Of a stretch of DNA of 64,000 nucleotides, positions 8,498 to 19,000 are shown one piece after another. Under the pieces are notes generated by a model. It worked only from the letters and a program-made list of their open reading frames with translations. It was not told the DNA's origin and did not search any database. The position numbers were made by a program, and so were the translations under genes. This DNA is from an uncultured Pelosinus sp. (GTDB taxonomy: Bacteria > Bacillota > Negativicutes > DSM-13327), in NCBI GenBank assembly GCA_963526645.1, contig CAUROG010000007.1, positions 63,607 to 127,606 of the forward strand, given 5' to 3'. Within the stretch, counting starts at the first letter, position 1; the number at the start of each line of letters is the position of its first letter.

Positions 8498-9025
8498 ATG
8501 ATTGAAATGCGGTTATCTGGCTCTGGTGGACAAGGTTTAATTCTAGCAGGCATAATTTTGGCGGAAGCAGCATTACTAGATGGTAAGATGGCGATTCAGT
8601 CTCAATCTTATGGTCCGGAAGCTAGAGGTGGCGCTAGTAAATCGGAAGTTATTATTTCAGAAAAAGCAATTCACTATCCAAAAGTAACAAATCCGAATCT
8701 TGTTCTAGCAATGACCCAAGAGGCTGTAGATAAATATTCTAAGGATTTACCTGCTGATGGAATATTGATGATTGATACTACCTTTGTAAAGACAGTGCCA
8801 CAGCATTTGAAAAATGTGCATCATCTACCGATTACGGAAAGGGTAACAGCAGAACTAGGCAAATCGTTATTTGCTAACATTGTTGCTTTAGGTGCTATTG
8901 TAGCCACAACAAAAGCAGTGAGCGTTGAATCCATTACAACAGCGATTCTTCACAGAGTTCCAAAAGGGACGGAAGAAGTTAATAAACGTGCCCTCGAGCT
9001 TGGTATATCGTTAGCTAATAAGTAA
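8498..9025 (+). CDS. korC: 2-oxoacid:ferredoxin oxidoreductase gamma subunit
   Basis: GSGGQG and YGPEARGG motifs. Confidence 0.9.
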   Translation: MIEMRLSGSGGQGLILAGIILAEAALLDGKMAIQSQSYGPEARGGASKSEVIISEKAIHYPKVTNPNLVLAMTQEAVDKYSKDLPADGILMIDTTFVKTVPQHLKNVHHLPITERVTAELGKSLFANIVALGAIVATTKAVSVESITTAILHRVPKGTEEVNKRALELGISLANK

Positions 9026-9050
9026 CAAATAGAAGATAATGAGTAGAATG

Positions 9051-9100
9051 CATAACAATAAAGGAAGCAGCATGTACATGCTGCTTCCTTTATTGTTATG
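9051..9100. terminator. Perfect 50 bp palindrome, probable terminator
   Basis: CATAACAATAAAGGAAGCAGCATGT followed directly by its exact reverse complement. Confidence 0.75.
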
Positions 9101-9410
9101 GGGATTATAAGGGCTTTTGGTGTAGAAGTTAAGAGTAAATTTACGGGAATGATGATGATTGCCGTAGCGCAAGCGGATAGTATTTGGAATGTAGGTATCA
9201 AGACTGCAGCTGCTCAAAACATGATTGCATTGGGTTTAGATAAGCAACCATGGCAATGAGTGCCATATCACTTAAGAGATTAAAAATTAATTTAAAATCC
9301 ATAAAAGCCTTCATACAATAAAAAATGTGCATCGTAAAAGGGAGGAATCTATCAGCTGCATAAAAGGTATGATTGTGTGTTAAGCTAAAGACATATTTGT
9401 GTTCTCTATC

Positions 9411-10625
9411 CTAAGAACACGAAGGGTTTTTCATATTACTCTTGATGTTAATAAAACTGGTTGAGATAAAGTTAATTACCGCAATTACTGCACCGCCAAG
9501 GAATACATATTTATAGCCCTGAGAACCATTGTTGTACCAAATCAGCCCGCCAATAATAGGAAGAAACATGGTTACAATGTGATCAATGCTAGTTCCTAAA
9601 GAAAGGGTTGGTGAAACATCGGATTCAACAATAGCAATTTTTCGAAGGTAGGTTGCTCTCGCCATACTGACAGAACTTAAGGTTTGATCTAGAATATAGC
9701 AAGCATTCACGCAGAGGAAGGCATAAGATGGGCTAAAAAGATCCTCGGCAAAGGCATAGCCAAGGCATATGAAAAAAAAGGCGATGGCTTCACTATTTAA
9801 AATAATTTTTTCGCCGACTTTGTCAATTAAATGTCCAATAAAGGGTTTAACAAAAACACCTGTTACTGAGATGATAAAAAATAATAGAGCCATTGTTGCT
9901 ACTTCTTCTTTAAAAATATCTACAAGAACCCAAGGGCCAAAGGTAATAAAAATCTGCTTTCTGGCACCATATAGAATGCATAACCAATAATATAGACCAT
10001 ACTCTTTTCGGAAGATAAAACGAGTTGTACTTTTTACAGTTTGAGTAGATTTAATCTTACTGAGAAGCAGTGCTGCAATGACAAAGGACACAGCACCAAT
10101 ACTAAACGACATGGTATAACTAATATGCAAGAATTTAAATAACGCCCATAAAACAGCGCTGCTTACTACAAGGGCAGCAGTATTTGCGGCACTAAGTTGC
10201 CCCAGCTTTTTTCCGAACTCTTTGCTAGTGGCAAAACTCATTCCAATGCTATTGGATAAAGGCATGTAGATGTGCTGCCCCATACTGTAGATAAAGATAG
10301 CCACCACTAAGAAAGAGTATTCGGGGGGAATCAAGCCTAAGGAAAACATACCCAAAGCAGCCAGTAAGTTGGCAATAACTGCAATTTTTATATCGCCAAG
10401 GGCGTAAAGGGACCCTATGACTAGAACTACGAGTAATCCAGGAAGTTCCCTGGGAAATTCAAGGGCTGAGCGCTGAACAATCAGCATTTGGAAATTTTCT
10501 TTTAAGTAGTTGGTGAGTGTTGCTCCATCCACACTTTGACCAATTCCAAGGAATACACTTGCCAAGAGAAAAAGCAGGTAATTTCGATCTGTTTCTCGTA
10601 GCCAAGTTTTACATAGTGTTATCAT
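9411..10625 (-). CDS. MFS transporter, substrate unknown
   Basis: 404 aa, about 12 hydrophobic segments, GHLIDKVGEK motif A. Confidence 0.85.
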   Translation of the reverse strand: MITLCKTWLRETDRNYLLFLLASVFLGIGQSVDGATLTNYLKENFQMLIVQRSALEFPRELPGLLVVLVIGSLYALGDIKIAVIANLLAALGMFSLGLIPPEYSFLVVAIFIYSMGQHIYMPLSNSIGMSFATSKEFGKKLGQLSAANTAALVVSSAVLWALFKFLHISYTMSFSIGAVSFVIAALLLSKIKSTQTVKSTTRFIFRKEYGLYYWLCILYGARKQIFITFGPWVLVDIFKEEVATMALLFFIISVTGVFVKPFIGHLIDKVGEKIILNSEAIAFFFICLGYAFAEDLFSPSYAFLCVNACYILDQTLSSVSMARATYLRKIAIVESDVSPTLSLGTSIDHIVTMFLPIIGGLIWYNNGSQGYKYVFLGGAVIAVINFISTSFINIKSNMKNPSCS

Positions 10626-10837
10626 GTATGCCTCCTTACTAAATAGGATAGTTGTTACATCTTATATTGAATGTTACAATAATAAAAATATACCTCTAAT
10701 TTATTACGCGATGAATGGTTGCTTTTCCTTTTTAGATAAAAGGATGGGAATGGGATTATGAAAAAAATTATATAATAAGAATATTCATGAATATGAGGGG
10801 AGTGAAACGTAGTGGTTTCTATCTCGCTTGATAGAAA

Positions 10838-12082
10838 TTGGCTAGGGAAAAAATGGATGATAAAATGTTGGAAAAATATGCCAGACTAATTGTAAAAACG
10901 GGGGTTAATATTCAGAAAGGGCAAACTCTGGTAATTGCTTCTCCTATTGAATGTGCCTCTTTTACTAGGATGGTAGCCCAATATGCTTATGAAGAGGGAG
11001 CAAGAGATGTTGTTGTAACCTGGAAAGATGAACTGTTATCAAAAATTCGTTTCTTGCAGGCACCAGAAGAAGTTTTTGAAGAATTTCCTGAGTGGCAAAA
11101 GGAATTTTATTTATCCTATGTAAAACAGGGAGCTGCCTTTGTTAGTATTGCAGCGTCTGATCCTGAACTTTTAAAGGATGTAAATCCTGGAAGACTTGTA
11201 AAAGTGCAAAAAGCCAGCAATACAGCTCTCAAGGAATATAGAGAAAGACTCATGAGTAATAAAAATTCTTGGTGTGTTGTGTCCATTCCTACAAAATCCT
11301 GGGCTAAAAAAGTTTTCCCTGACATGCCTGAAGAGGAAGCTGTTAAAAAATTGTGGGAGGCTATACTTAAGACTGTAAGAGTTGATGCGGAAGATCCAGT
11401 GGCTGCATGGGAAGAACATAAGAAACATCTGAAAAAAAGCGCAGATTTTTTAAATTCCAATCAATTTCAGTATTTGCAGTATAAAAATTCCCAAGGTACT
11501 GATTTGAAAGTTGAGCTTCCCGAACATCATATATGGCTTGGTGGTTCAGAATATACCCCTGAAGGGTTGGAGTTTATTGCCAATATGCCAACGGAAGAAG
11601 TATTTACTCTGCCCAAAAAGACGGGCATTCATGGCAAGGTCGTTAGTTCGAAACCTTTAAATTATAATGGGAATGTAATCGATGAATTCTCTTTAACTTT
11701 TAAAGATGGAAAAATTGTTGATTTTGCTGCTAAGCAAGGCTATGAAGTATTAAAGGGGCTTATTGAAACGGATGAGGGGTCTTACTACCTGGGTGAGGTG
11801 GCCCTAGTGCCTTTCAATTCACCAATTTCTAATTCAAATATATTATATTTCAACACTCTATTTGATGAAAATGCCTCTTGCCATTTGGCAATCGGCAAGG
11901 CTTATCCCGTATGCATCAAAGATGGTGAGAATATGGCTAAAGAACAATTGGATGCATTAGGTGTCAATGATTCTCTGGTACACGTGGATTTCATGATCGG
12001 AACAAAAGATCTTGAAATCATAGGAACGACAGCAGCAGGCAAAGAAATACCTGTATTTAAAAATGGAGATTTCGCATTTTAA
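10838..12082 (+). CDS. pepS: Aminopeptidase, M29 family (PepS/AmpS/AmpT)
   Basis: NMPTEEVFT, GEVALV, DENASCHLAIGKAY and HVDFMIG motifs. Confidence 0.9.
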   Translation: MAREKMDDKMLEKYARLIVKTGVNIQKGQTLVIASPIECASFTRMVAQYAYEEGARDVVVTWKDELLSKIRFLQAPEEVFEEFPEWQKEFYLSYVKQGAAFVSIAASDPELLKDVNPGRLVKVQKASNTALKEYRERLMSNKNSWCVVSIPTKSWAKKVFPDMPEEEAVKKLWEAILKTVRVDAEDPVAAWEEHKKHLKKSADFLNSNQFQYLQYKNSQGTDLKVELPEHHIWLGGSEYTPEGLEFIANMPTEEVFTLPKKTGIHGKVVSSKPLNYNGNVIDEFSLTFKDGKIVDFAAKQGYEVLKGLIETDEGSYYLGEVALVPFNSPISNSNILYFNTLFDENASCHLAIGKAYPVCIKDGENMAKEQLDALGVNDSLVHVDFMIGTKDLEIIGTTAAGKEIPVFKNGDFAF

Positions 12083-12095
12083 AGAAACTCTTCAC

Positions 12096-12131
12096 GTGAA
12101 TGACCGTTCTCTGGTAGGGAACGGTCATTTA
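12096..12131 (+). terminator. Probable intrinsic terminator
   Basis: AATGACCGTTC...GAACGGTCATT stem. Confidence 0.7.
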
Positions 12132-12322
12132 ATTATAAGAATCTGATTCTCTGGCTAATTCTTTGTCAAATGACAACATCCTGCAGATATTATTCTTGAT
12201 CTTGAATAGGCCTATGAAGTAAGATAGGAAAATAAGAATAGTAGAAGCAGTGTGAAGTTAGTTTACATTCTATTGCTAACTTTTACTATAAAGAACTAGA
12301 TGCAGTAGGAGGAAACTAATAG

Positions 12323-12949
12323 ATGATAAGAAGAATTATTTTCTTACTTTGGGGGTTATTTCTTTTCGGTATTGGAATTGTAATGACAATTAAGAGTAAT
12401 TTGGGAACCGCACCATGGGATGCTCTTCACTTAGGCCTCATTAATTATCTTCCATTGACCTTGGGGCAAGTATCCCAGTTAACAGGAATCCTGGTTATTC
12501 TCATTAGCTTCTGTTTAGGAATTAAACCAGGCTGGGGCACCATTGCTAATATGTATCTTATTGGTGTATTTATTGATCTTATTGTGGATGGCAAATGGAT
12601 TCCTGATCCTACACATTGGGTATCTCAAGTGGGATTGTTATTGGCAGGTATTTTGATTATTGGCTGGGGAAGTTTTTTTTATCTTTCTGCTGCATTAGGC
12701 GCTGGTCCTAGAGATAGCTTTATGGTAGGTGCCATTGCAAAAACAGGCTGGTCTGTGTGGAAAGTGAGAACTGTCATTGAAAGCAGTGTAGGAATTCTGG
12801 GATACTTTCTGGGAGGGCCAATAGGCATTGGTACAGTACTTATCGCTTTAACTTTAGGACCGTCTATTCAATGGGCCTTTTCTCTTATGGGGAAAAAAGC
12901 CCAAGATATAAAGCATGATTCTTTGGTGATTCAAGTTAGAGAACAATGA
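12323..12949 (+). CDS. YczE/YyaS/YitT family membrane protein
   Basis: LGTAPWDAL, LGAGPRD and GGPIGIGT motifs. Confidence 0.85.
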   Translation: MIRRIIFLLWGLFLFGIGIVMTIKSNLGTAPWDALHLGLINYLPLTLGQVSQLTGILVILISFCLGIKPGWGTIANMYLIGVFIDLIVDGKWIPDPTHWVSQVGLLLAGILIIGWGSFFYLSAALGAGPRDSFMVGAIAKTGWSVWKVRTVIESSVGILGYFLGGPIGIGTVLIALTLGPSIQWAFSLMGKKAQDIKHDSLVIQVREQ

Positions 12950-13055
12950 GGAAAAAAAGAAATTGTAAAAATGGAAATTTATAGAAGGACTATTTTGATT
13001 TTTGTAAAATAGTCTTCTATATAGATATGGAGTGCATTAGTAATGGAGGATAAAA

Positions 13056-13814
13056 ATGAAAATTGTTAGATTTACTCATGATGGAAAGAGTAAGTTTGGA
13101 GAATTGCGGGGAAAAACAATTCAAGTAATCATAGGTGATATCTTTGGTGAATATAGATTTTCAGAAGAGAGTATTCCCTTAGAGGATGTACAGCTCTTAA
13201 GTCCTTGTTCGATAACGAAAGCTGTTTGTGTAGGACTGAATTATCACAGTCATGCTCAGGAAATGAGTTTACAACTTCCTAGCAGACCGTTACTCTTTTT
13301 AAAGCCATCTTCTACATTAAATCATCCAGGAGAAATGATTGAGTATCCGAAAAGCAGCAATAATCTGCATTATGAAGCTGAACTTGCTGTAGTTATCAAA
13401 AAGGAAGCTAAAAATATAAAAGAACAAGATGCGGCAGAATATATTTTGGGTTATACTTGTGCTAATGATGTTACTGCCAGAGATATTCAATTAAGTGATG
13501 GTCAATGGACTAGAGGGAAATCCTTTGATACCTTTTTGCCTTTAGGACCTTGTATTGAAACAGATATTGATGCGAGTAATATTAATATCAAGCTGTATCT
13601 TAATGACCAGTTAAAACAAAGTTCCAATACTAATGATCTTATCTTTAAAATACCAGAACTAGTGGCTTTTATTACGGAAGTAATGACCTTGTATCCAGGG
13701 GATGTTATTCTAACAGGTACCCCTTCTGGAGTGGGACCCATGGAAGTAGGAGATGTTGTTACGGTTGAACTTGACGGTATTGGTTCCTTGACGAACCATA
13801 TTTCTAGACGATAA
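13056..13814 (+). CDS. Fumarylacetoacetate hydrolase family protein
   Basis: CVGLNY, HYEAEL, NDVTARD, KSFDTF and GDVILTGTP motifs. Confidence 0.92.
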   Translation: MKIVRFTHDGKSKFGELRGKTIQVIIGDIFGEYRFSEESIPLEDVQLLSPCSITKAVCVGLNYHSHAQEMSLQLPSRPLLFLKPSSTLNHPGEMIEYPKSSNNLHYEAELAVVIKKEAKNIKEQDAAEYILGYTCANDVTARDIQLSDGQWTRGKSFDTFLPLGPCIETDIDASNINIKLYLNDQLKQSSNTNDLIFKIPELVAFITEVMTLYPGDVILTGTPSGVGPMEVGDVVTVELDGIGSLTNHISRR

Positions 13815-13839
13815 GAACAGTACTTTTTAGGAGGTAACG

Positions 13840-14484
13840 GTGAGGAGATCTTATGTTAGAAAAATAGGTATTTCAGTAATATTTCTTTACATGTGGGGAT
13901 TGTCTAGCGCCTTGGCTTTTGGCAATGTACAAGATACATTTGTCAATAAAAAATATTTAAAAAGGGACGTCGTATTTGACTTTACAATTATGGGATCGTC
14001 TATTGCGACGAAAGATCAATGTATAAAGTACCTTTTAAGGCGTAATCCCTTGCCCTTAATTACGACCACTCCTAAGCAGTTGGTTGATTATTACTATCTA
14101 GAGGCTGGGCTTGAGGGTATAAGGCCAGATATAGCTTTTGCTCAGGCTTTACATGAAACAGGTAACTTTCGTTACGGTGGTGATGTGATACCATTTCAAA
14201 ATAATTACTGTGGATTAGGGACAACAGGCAATGGTGTCAAGGGCGCATGGTTTGATTCAGCGGAAATTGGCGTTAGGGCACAGATTCAACATTTGTTGGC
14301 TTATACTACCAAACGCCTGCCTATAATGTCTATCGTTGATCCACGATATAACTTAGTAAAGAGTACAGACAAATTCGGACAATCTTCTACTTGGACAGAT
14401 TTAAATGGTAAATGGGCTGTACCTGGAAAAACCTATGGACAGATGATATTAAAGATTCACGAGAAAATTCTAATGGAAAAATAA
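13840..14484 (+). CDS. Secreted glucosaminidase-domain (GH73-like) peptidoglycan hydrolase
   Basis: Signal peptide; AFAQALHETG, NNYCGLG and LNGKWA motifs. Confidence 0.8.
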   Translation: MRRSYVRKIGISVIFLYMWGLSSALAFGNVQDTFVNKKYLKRDVVFDFTIMGSSIATKDQCIKYLLRRNPLPLITTTPKQLVDYYYLEAGLEGIRPDIAFAQALHETGNFRYGGDVIPFQNNYCGLGTTGNGVKGAWFDSAEIGVRAQIQHLLAYTTKRLPIMSIVDPRYNLVKSTDKFGQSSTWTDLNGKWAVPGKTYGQMILKIHEKILMEK

Positions 14485-14487
14485 TGT

Positions 14488-14530
14488 AAAGGATTGCAAT
14501 TCATTAATACTATGACTGGCAATCCTTTTT
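14488..14530 (+). terminator. Intrinsic terminator
   Basis: AAAGGATTGC...GCAATCCTTT stem plus T tract. Confidence 0.7.
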
Positions 14531-14652
14531 ATATCCCGTTTGTGTCTTAAAAAAACTTTTTACAGTAGAGAAGGAAAAATAAAATTTTTCTAAGGAATAG
14601 AAGTTCTGTTTAAGTTTTTAATGTGAAAATGTTAGAATTTCTAATATTAGAG

Positions 14653-14704
14653 GAAGGATTTGTAACAATTTCGTCGAATAAAAGCAAGAGTGACTGAATA
14701 GTCA
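14653..14704 (+). promoter_or_regulatory. SigmaH-like promoter followed by a TetR-type palindromic operator
   Basis: AGGA (14655)-N17-GAAT (14676); TGACT-GAAT-AGTCA at 14691-14704. Confidence 0.5.
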
Positions 14705-14858
14705 TTTAAAAAGGAGTGATTTGGATAAACAGGTGAAAATGTTCTACCTTATACGAGGTATGTTCCATAAAGGTGTTTGTGACAGGAGGATACAGTAGTT
14801 ATGTGGGAACAAGTACAGCAAAAAAAAAGTTTTTTAGCGGATTAAGGAGGTAAAGGAA

Positions 14859-16016
14859 TTGGTTCATGTAAGTTCAAAGGTAAGATGGCGCAATTATATT
14901 GCATTAGTAATTCTTAGTATGGTGCTTGTAAGTGGTTGCAGCAAGCAAGCAGCACCTGCACCACAGGCTGTGGAAGTAAAGGTTATGCAGGTAGTTCGGA
15001 AAGATACTCCGATTACATATGAATTTGTTGGTACAATAGAGGCCAAAAATGAAGTTCAAATAAGGGCTAAAGTTTCTGGTAATATTGTTGCTAAGATGGT
15101 AACAGGTGGTGCTGAGGTTTCGGAAGGGCAGCCTCTATTCCGAATTGACAGCCGTCAGTATAATTCCGCATTACTGACAAACCAAGCAACTGCAGCACAG
15201 TCAGAAGCTTTGTTAGCCAAGGCACGTAAGGATGTTGGAAGATACAATCAACTTGCATCCCAAGGGGCCATTGCACAGCAGACCTTAGATAATGCAATGG
15301 CAGAAGAGCAGCAAAGTGCGGCTGCTGCGAATGCAAATTGGGCTAAGGTACAGCAGGCTCAGGAAGATATTGAAGATACAACGATTCTTTCTCCATTAAA
15401 TGGCAGAATTGCCATAAATGATTTAAGTGTTGGTAGCTTTGTATCGGCTGGATCGACAATTATGGCTACCATTTCTTCTGTTGACCCAGTGATGGTAAAG
15501 TTTAGTATGAGTGAAAATGAATATTTGCATTTTGCTAAGAATAATAAAGGTGCGTCTCCGACAGAGTGGGGACGGGATTTGAAGTTAATTCTCAGCGATG
15601 GATCCACGTATCCAATCACTGGGCAAATAGAACAGGTAGATAAAGGGTTAACGACTGGCACAGGAACACTAAGTTTTAAAGCGTCCTTTGCGAATCCTAA
15701 CAAGCTTCTAGTTCCTGGTATGTTTGCTCGTGTTGCCGTACAAAGTGAAGTGCGTTCGGGGGCCTTCTTAATTCCACAAAGAGCTGTCCAGCAGATGCTG
15801 GATAAAACCCTTATCACTGTTGTGGGGGAAGGTGACAAAACAGAAACACGGGTAGTTAAAATGGGTACCAAAATTGGAAATATGTGGGTTGTCGATGAAG
15901 GTGTTACAGAAAATGACCGTATTGTTGTAGAAGGCTTTTTGAAAACTCCGCCAGGAACACCTGTATCTGTAAAAATGATTGGCCCGGATGATTTACAAAC
16001 TCCGGCGAAGCAATAG
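14859..16016 (+). CDS. RND efflux periplasmic adaptor (AcrA-like) lipoprotein
   Basis: Lipobox VSGC; biotinyl-like, alpha-hairpin and beta-barrel pattern; LLVPGMFARV. Confidence 0.92.
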   Translation: MVHVSSKVRWRNYIALVILSMVLVSGCSKQAAPAPQAVEVKVMQVVRKDTPITYEFVGTIEAKNEVQIRAKVSGNIVAKMVTGGAEVSEGQPLFRIDSRQYNSALLTNQATAAQSEALLAKARKDVGRYNQLASQGAIAQQTLDNAMAEEQQSAAAANANWAKVQQAQEDIEDTTILSPLNGRIAINDLSVGSFVSAGSTIMATISSVDPVMVKFSMSENEYLHFAKNNKGASPTEWGRDLKLILSDGSTYPITGQIEQVDKGLTTGTGTLSFKASFANPNKLLVPGMFARVAVQSEVRSGAFLIPQRAVQQMLDKTLITVVGEGDKTETRVVKMGTKIGNMWVVDEGVTENDRIVVEGFLKTPPGTPVSVKMIGPDDLQTPAKQ

Positions 16017-16027
16017 GAGGTAATCTG

Positions 16028-19000
16028 GTGGCTAAGTTTTTTATTGATCGTCCCATTTTTGCGATCGTATTATCGATCCTTATTACGTTAGTTGGTTTAA
16101 TCTCAGCATTTAATCTACCCGTTGCCCAATATCCGCAGATTACGCCGCCACAAGTTAGCGTAAGTGGTAGCTATGTAGGCGCAAATGCTGAAGTTGTGGA
16201 ACAGACTATGGCCCAATTGATAGAACTGCAAGTCAATGGGACAGAAGATATGGTTTCCATGCAGTCAACTAGTTCTGATTCAGGTTCCTATTCTCTAACT
16301 GCAAAGTTTGATTTGAGTAAGAATGCTGATATGGCAACAGTACAAACCCAAAACCGGGTAGCTCAAGCGAATGCGTCTCTTCCTGCCGAGGTAACCATGG
16401 CAGGTATTACGACTCGTAAGGTTTCTCCCGATAATTCTCTAATTTTTTCATTATGGTCCCCTAAGGGAAGTTATGATAGTACTTTCTTAAAGAACTTTGG
16501 TAGTATTAATCTCGTCGAAGATTTGAAAAGAATCAAGGGCGTAGGTAATATTATGGAATATGGTGCTGATTATGGTATGAGAATTTGGCTGCAGCCAGAT
16601 AAAATGGCTCAGTTAGGACTCACAGGGAGTGACATCTCTGCCGCTATTGCTACACAGAATGTGCAGGCTCCGGCAGGAACCATTGGCCAAAGGCCGTCCT
16701 CTTCACAGCAAGAATTTCAATATACGGCACGCGTACAAGGTCGCTTGACCGAGACCAAGGAATTTGAAAATATTATTATTAGCTCTAAAGATGGTAACGT
16801 TATTCATCTAAAAGACGTAGCCAAGGTGGAAATGGGAAGCAAGGATTATGGCTTCCAGAGTTTCCTAAATGGTCAGCAATCGGTAGCCTTTGCAGTTCAG
16901 CTTACTACGGATGCGAACGCACTAGAAACGATTACTAAGGTTCAAGAAACGTTAGAAGCAGCATCGAAGAAGTTTCCCTCTGACATTGCTTATTATTCTG
17001 TCGTTGATAATACGAAATATGTACGCGAGTCAATGAAAGAAGTTGCCAAAACTTTTGCAGAAGCTCTTGTTTTAGTTCTGCTGGTAGTATTTCTCTTCTT
17101 ACAAAGCTGGCGTGCAACCCTGATTCCTATGCTTGCAATTCCAGTTTCATTAATTGGAACCTTTGGTGCCTTTATGGTGATGGGATTCTCGATCAACACC
17201 CTGACCCTTTTTGCCATGGTGTTGGCCATTGGATTAGTAGTAGATGATGCGATTATTGTAATTGAAGCAGTGGAATATCATATGCGCTATAATGGACTAA
17301 GTCCCAAAGAGGCAACGAAATTGGCTATGAGTGAAGTGTCTGGTCCCGTTGTTGCTATTGCCTTTGTGTTGGCATCTGTATTTATTCCTGTCGCTTTCTT
17401 TGGCGGAACAACAGGTGTTTTATACAAACAGTTTGCTCTGACTATTGCCGTGTCTATGGCGTTATCTGCCATTGTGGCTTTGTCTTTAACACCAGCCCTT
17501 TGTGCATTAGTATTGAAACCTCATGATCCTAATGCCCACTCAGGCATGCTGGAACGGTTTTTTAGTAAATTCAATAATGCCTTTGAGGCTACCGTAGAAA
17601 AATATGGTAGTGGCTTAGGAAAGTTGATTAAAAGATCTGCTTTAGGTGTTGTATTCTTGGTGGTGCTATTACTAATAACTGGTAAATTGTTTCAACTAGT
17701 GCCGTCTTCCTTTGTTCCTAGTGAAGACCAAGGTTTCTATATTTCGAGTGTTACGCTGCCAGAAGCAGCAAGTGCGAGTCGTACAGCTGCCGTAGCGAAT
17801 AAAGTAGCGGAGGATATGCGTGCTCAACCAGGTGTATCCGATGCAATTGTCATTCAAGGATTTGATATTTTAGCTGGTGCTCAAAAAGCAAATTCAGCGA
17901 TTATTTTTACCAAGCTTGCAGATTGGAATGAACGGACTGGGCCAGGTCTAGGGGTTCAGGACCAAGTTATGAAAGTACTGGCTAATAGTGCTCATGTTCC
18001 TGAGGCCAGGATCGTTTCCTTTAATGCTCCTTCATTGCCGGGTATTGGTACCGTAGGTGGCTTTACCATGATGATCGAAGATAAAGGCGGCAATACCATT
18101 GAGGAAATGGATAGGGTCTCCAAGGAATTTATGGCTGCGGCTCGTAAACGGCCAGAGATTGGCATGATTTACTCTACCTTTGGGATTGATACTCCTGGTT
18201 ATCGTTTTGATGTAGATCGGGAGAAGGCAGAACAGTTAGGCGTTCCAGTAAAGGATGTGTTTACTGCGTTGCAGACCTTCCTTGGTGGAGTACAGGTTAA
18301 TGATTTTAACCGTTTTGGTCGATCCTATAAAGTAATAATGCAGGCGGAGGAAAAGTTCCGTAATGATGTAGAAGGTACTCGTTTCTTCTTTGTTCGTAGT
18401 TCATCTGGGGTCATGGTACCGCTCAATACCTTATTGAAACCGCAAACCATTACTGCTCCACCTGTAATCAAAAGATTTAATGGATTTAGAGCGATTCAAG
18501 TTGGTGGTAATCCAGCAGCAGGCTATAGTTCCGGGCAAGCGTTAACCGCTCTGGAAGAAGTAGCTTCTCAGACGTTGCCTAGCGGCTTTAGTTATGAATG
18601 GGCTGATCAGAGTCGTGAGGAAAAAATATCAGGTGGCCGTGCTCCTTATGTCTTTGGCTTTGCATTGCTATTTGTATTCTTATGCTTGGCGGCTCTTTAC
18701 GAAAGCTTCGGTATCCCATTTGCGGTTCTCTTATCGGTACCCACAGGTATTTTCGGTGCATTTTTCTTCCAATATGTACGTAATTTACAAAATGATGTTT
18801 ACATGCAAATTGGGATGGTTATGCTCATTGGATTAGCAGCTAAGAATGCGATTCTAATTGTAGAATATGCTAAAGTTAGGGTTGATAAAGGGATGGATCC
18901 TGTTACAGCAGCCATCGAAGCGGCTAAATTACGGCTACGTCCAATCATCATGACCTCATTAGCTTTTATTATTGGATGTTTGCCTCTTGTAGTTGCTACT

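Noticed and set aside
9011..9217. 68 aa minus-strand ORF with a hydrophobic tail (type I toxin-like)
   Set aside because: It crosses the palindrome and the korC end, and the hydrophobicity follows from A-rich antisense sequence; no RBS seen
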